Shown here: positions 62,531-64,000 of the stretch, one piece after another
How positions within the stretch are numbered: position 1 is the stretch's first letter
Layout: each line of letters opens with the position of its first letter
From: Camelus ferus
Lineage: Eukaryota
Assembly (NCBI RefSeq): GCF_009834535.1
Contig: NC_045697.1
Location: 7,256,001-7,320,000, forward strand
Reading direction: 5' to 3'
Length of the DNA: 64,000 bases
The notes under the pieces: generated by a model
The model's input: only the letters and a program-made list of their open reading frames with translations
What the model was told of the DNA's origin: nothing
Database searches by the model: none
Translations under genes and position numbers: made by a program

Positions 62531-63324
62531 TGTTTAGAATTCTTTCTACATGTCACTCTCCATAACACCGTTGGGGATATGCAGATAAATAAGAAAAGAT
62601 CTTTGGTTTTGAGGACGTGAGCCCAGTGGGAAGGCTGCTGCGAAGCAGACATTCCTGCTAGAGACTGAGAGGGTCCTTTCACCAAACGATGGAGGCTGCT
62701 GGTTCATGATGGGAGGAGATTTCAGGCAGGTTCTCCTCCGGGGCTCCTGCTTGAGATTAAGCTTGCAGAGTGGGTAGACCCTTGTCAAGGAAGGAAGAAT
62801 TAGGGTAATGGGGAGTCGGCACAGGGAAGAAGTGAGACCTCCTCAAGATAGGCAAAGACCCAGTGGCCAGAAACAAGGCTCCTTTGTGGAACTACAAATT
62901 TAATGCCCAAAAGGTGAGCCACTAGTTTCCAGTGGGGGCTTGGAGATACTTCCCCCTGCTCAGGTGACTCTAGAATAAACAGCCTTCTGGAGCAAAGGAG
63001 ACACAAACAGCGTGGTTAAATAGAAGGGACCAGGGCCCTAGGGTCAGACATCTTGATTGTGAATCACCCACGGGTTCTGTCTCCCTTTGTTCTTTAAATA
63101 TGTGGGAACTGGGTACCACACAGAGGGTGGCAGAAGGAGAAAGGCATTCTTGTCTGAGAGATTGCCTGGCCCCCTCCTTTCTGGGCATTTTCTGCCCTTT
63201 AGAAATTTTTCCTCCTCCTCTGCTCTCTCTCTCTCACTTCCACCCTCTTTCTGGCTACCTTTTCCCCATTATTGAATCTCTCCGGGTATCTGTGTTGGTC
63301 CATTCTGCTCTCCTATCGGGGTTT

Positions 63325-63475
63325 AAGCACTGGATCTGCCACTTCCTGACTGTGTGACCCTGAGAAGTCACTTAACTTCTCTGGGCCTCAGTTTCCTCCC
63401 ATGGACAAGGGGAAGTCTCCCTCGCAGAGTGTGGGGGGTCACATCTGAGCTGTGAAAGCTTGCTGCAAACTGTAA
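63325..63475 (+). mobile_element. MIR fragment
   Basis: ctgccacttcctgactgtgtgaccctgagaagtcacttaacttctctgggcctcagtttcctc. Confidence 0.85.
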
Positions 63476-63479
63476 CAGA

Positions 63480-64000
63480 ACATGCAAATACCTTTTGTAA
63501 TCAATATCACAATCCTAAATTTATAGTTAAAGATAATGATATATCTTAGAGTTTCTACGTGGTGTGGCTTCCTGTGTGCAACTGTGAAAAAAATACAGTT
63601 ATTTGCATTTAAATACAAGTTTAAAATCCCTCCCGTCCAAAAGCGGTAATAACTATCCCAAATGAATTATACATTTTCTAATTTTAAAAGGCCGTTTTAT
63701 GGAAATGAGGTTATTTGTGCCGCATGGTATGTTCTTGTTGTATCAATGCAAATGCCAAGGGGTGAGATTTATCCATACGACACCACCAATGGCAGGAAAA
63801 TCTAGAGGCCGGGTTTGGACCACATATTAAACACTCTATAAATGTATTACCTGCAAAGTCCCTCCGAGAAAGGAGGAGAAATAACCATTGTGGGCATTTC
63901 ATCTTTTTTCTGCTGAGCTTGGTGACAACAATTTGCTCTGGTTAATCAGCGTGCAGTGCGTGGTAAATCTGGAAGAAATGTGATCCCATTTTCAAAGATT
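63480..64000. promoter_or_regulatory. Candidate developmental enhancer / conserved non-coding element
   Basis: Repeat-free; three perfect POU octamers, a TTTTATGG HOX/CDX site and two SOX-type sites. Confidence 0.45.

Overview
Mammalian genomic DNA of moderate GC content with no confidently identifiable protein-coding gene; it looks like a gene desert or a very large intron. Much of it is ancient eutherian repeat: MIR and L2, old L1M fragments, MaLR/ERVL LTRs (MLT1, MLT2, LTR16/33-type) and DNA transposons (MER58, MER33, MER20, MER81, MER53, MER5, Tigger2). There are also younger lineage-specific inserts: three ERV1-type solo LTRs (two MER41-like) and a 5'-truncated L1 with a target-site duplication (TSD), whose 3' end I recognise as camelid-type. 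I saw no young tRNA- or 7SL-derived SINEs, which fits a camelid genome. Almost all ORFs in the track are chance ORFs or repeat-derived. The best leads are: (1) a repeat-free, protein-like reading frame at 48525-49049, broken by a single TGA, lying in and downstream of a CpG-rich promoter-like patch (candidate orphan gene or unitary pseudogene); (2) two adjacent MER41-like LTRs that differ in STAT-like and YY1-like motifs; (3) several repeat-free candidate enhancers, notably a triple-octamer/SOX/HOX cluster at the right end; (4) a well-formed minus-strand exon that uses an LTR-borne splice donor. Repeat family names come from recalled consensus sequences, not a database search, and boundaries are approximate unless a TSD is given.
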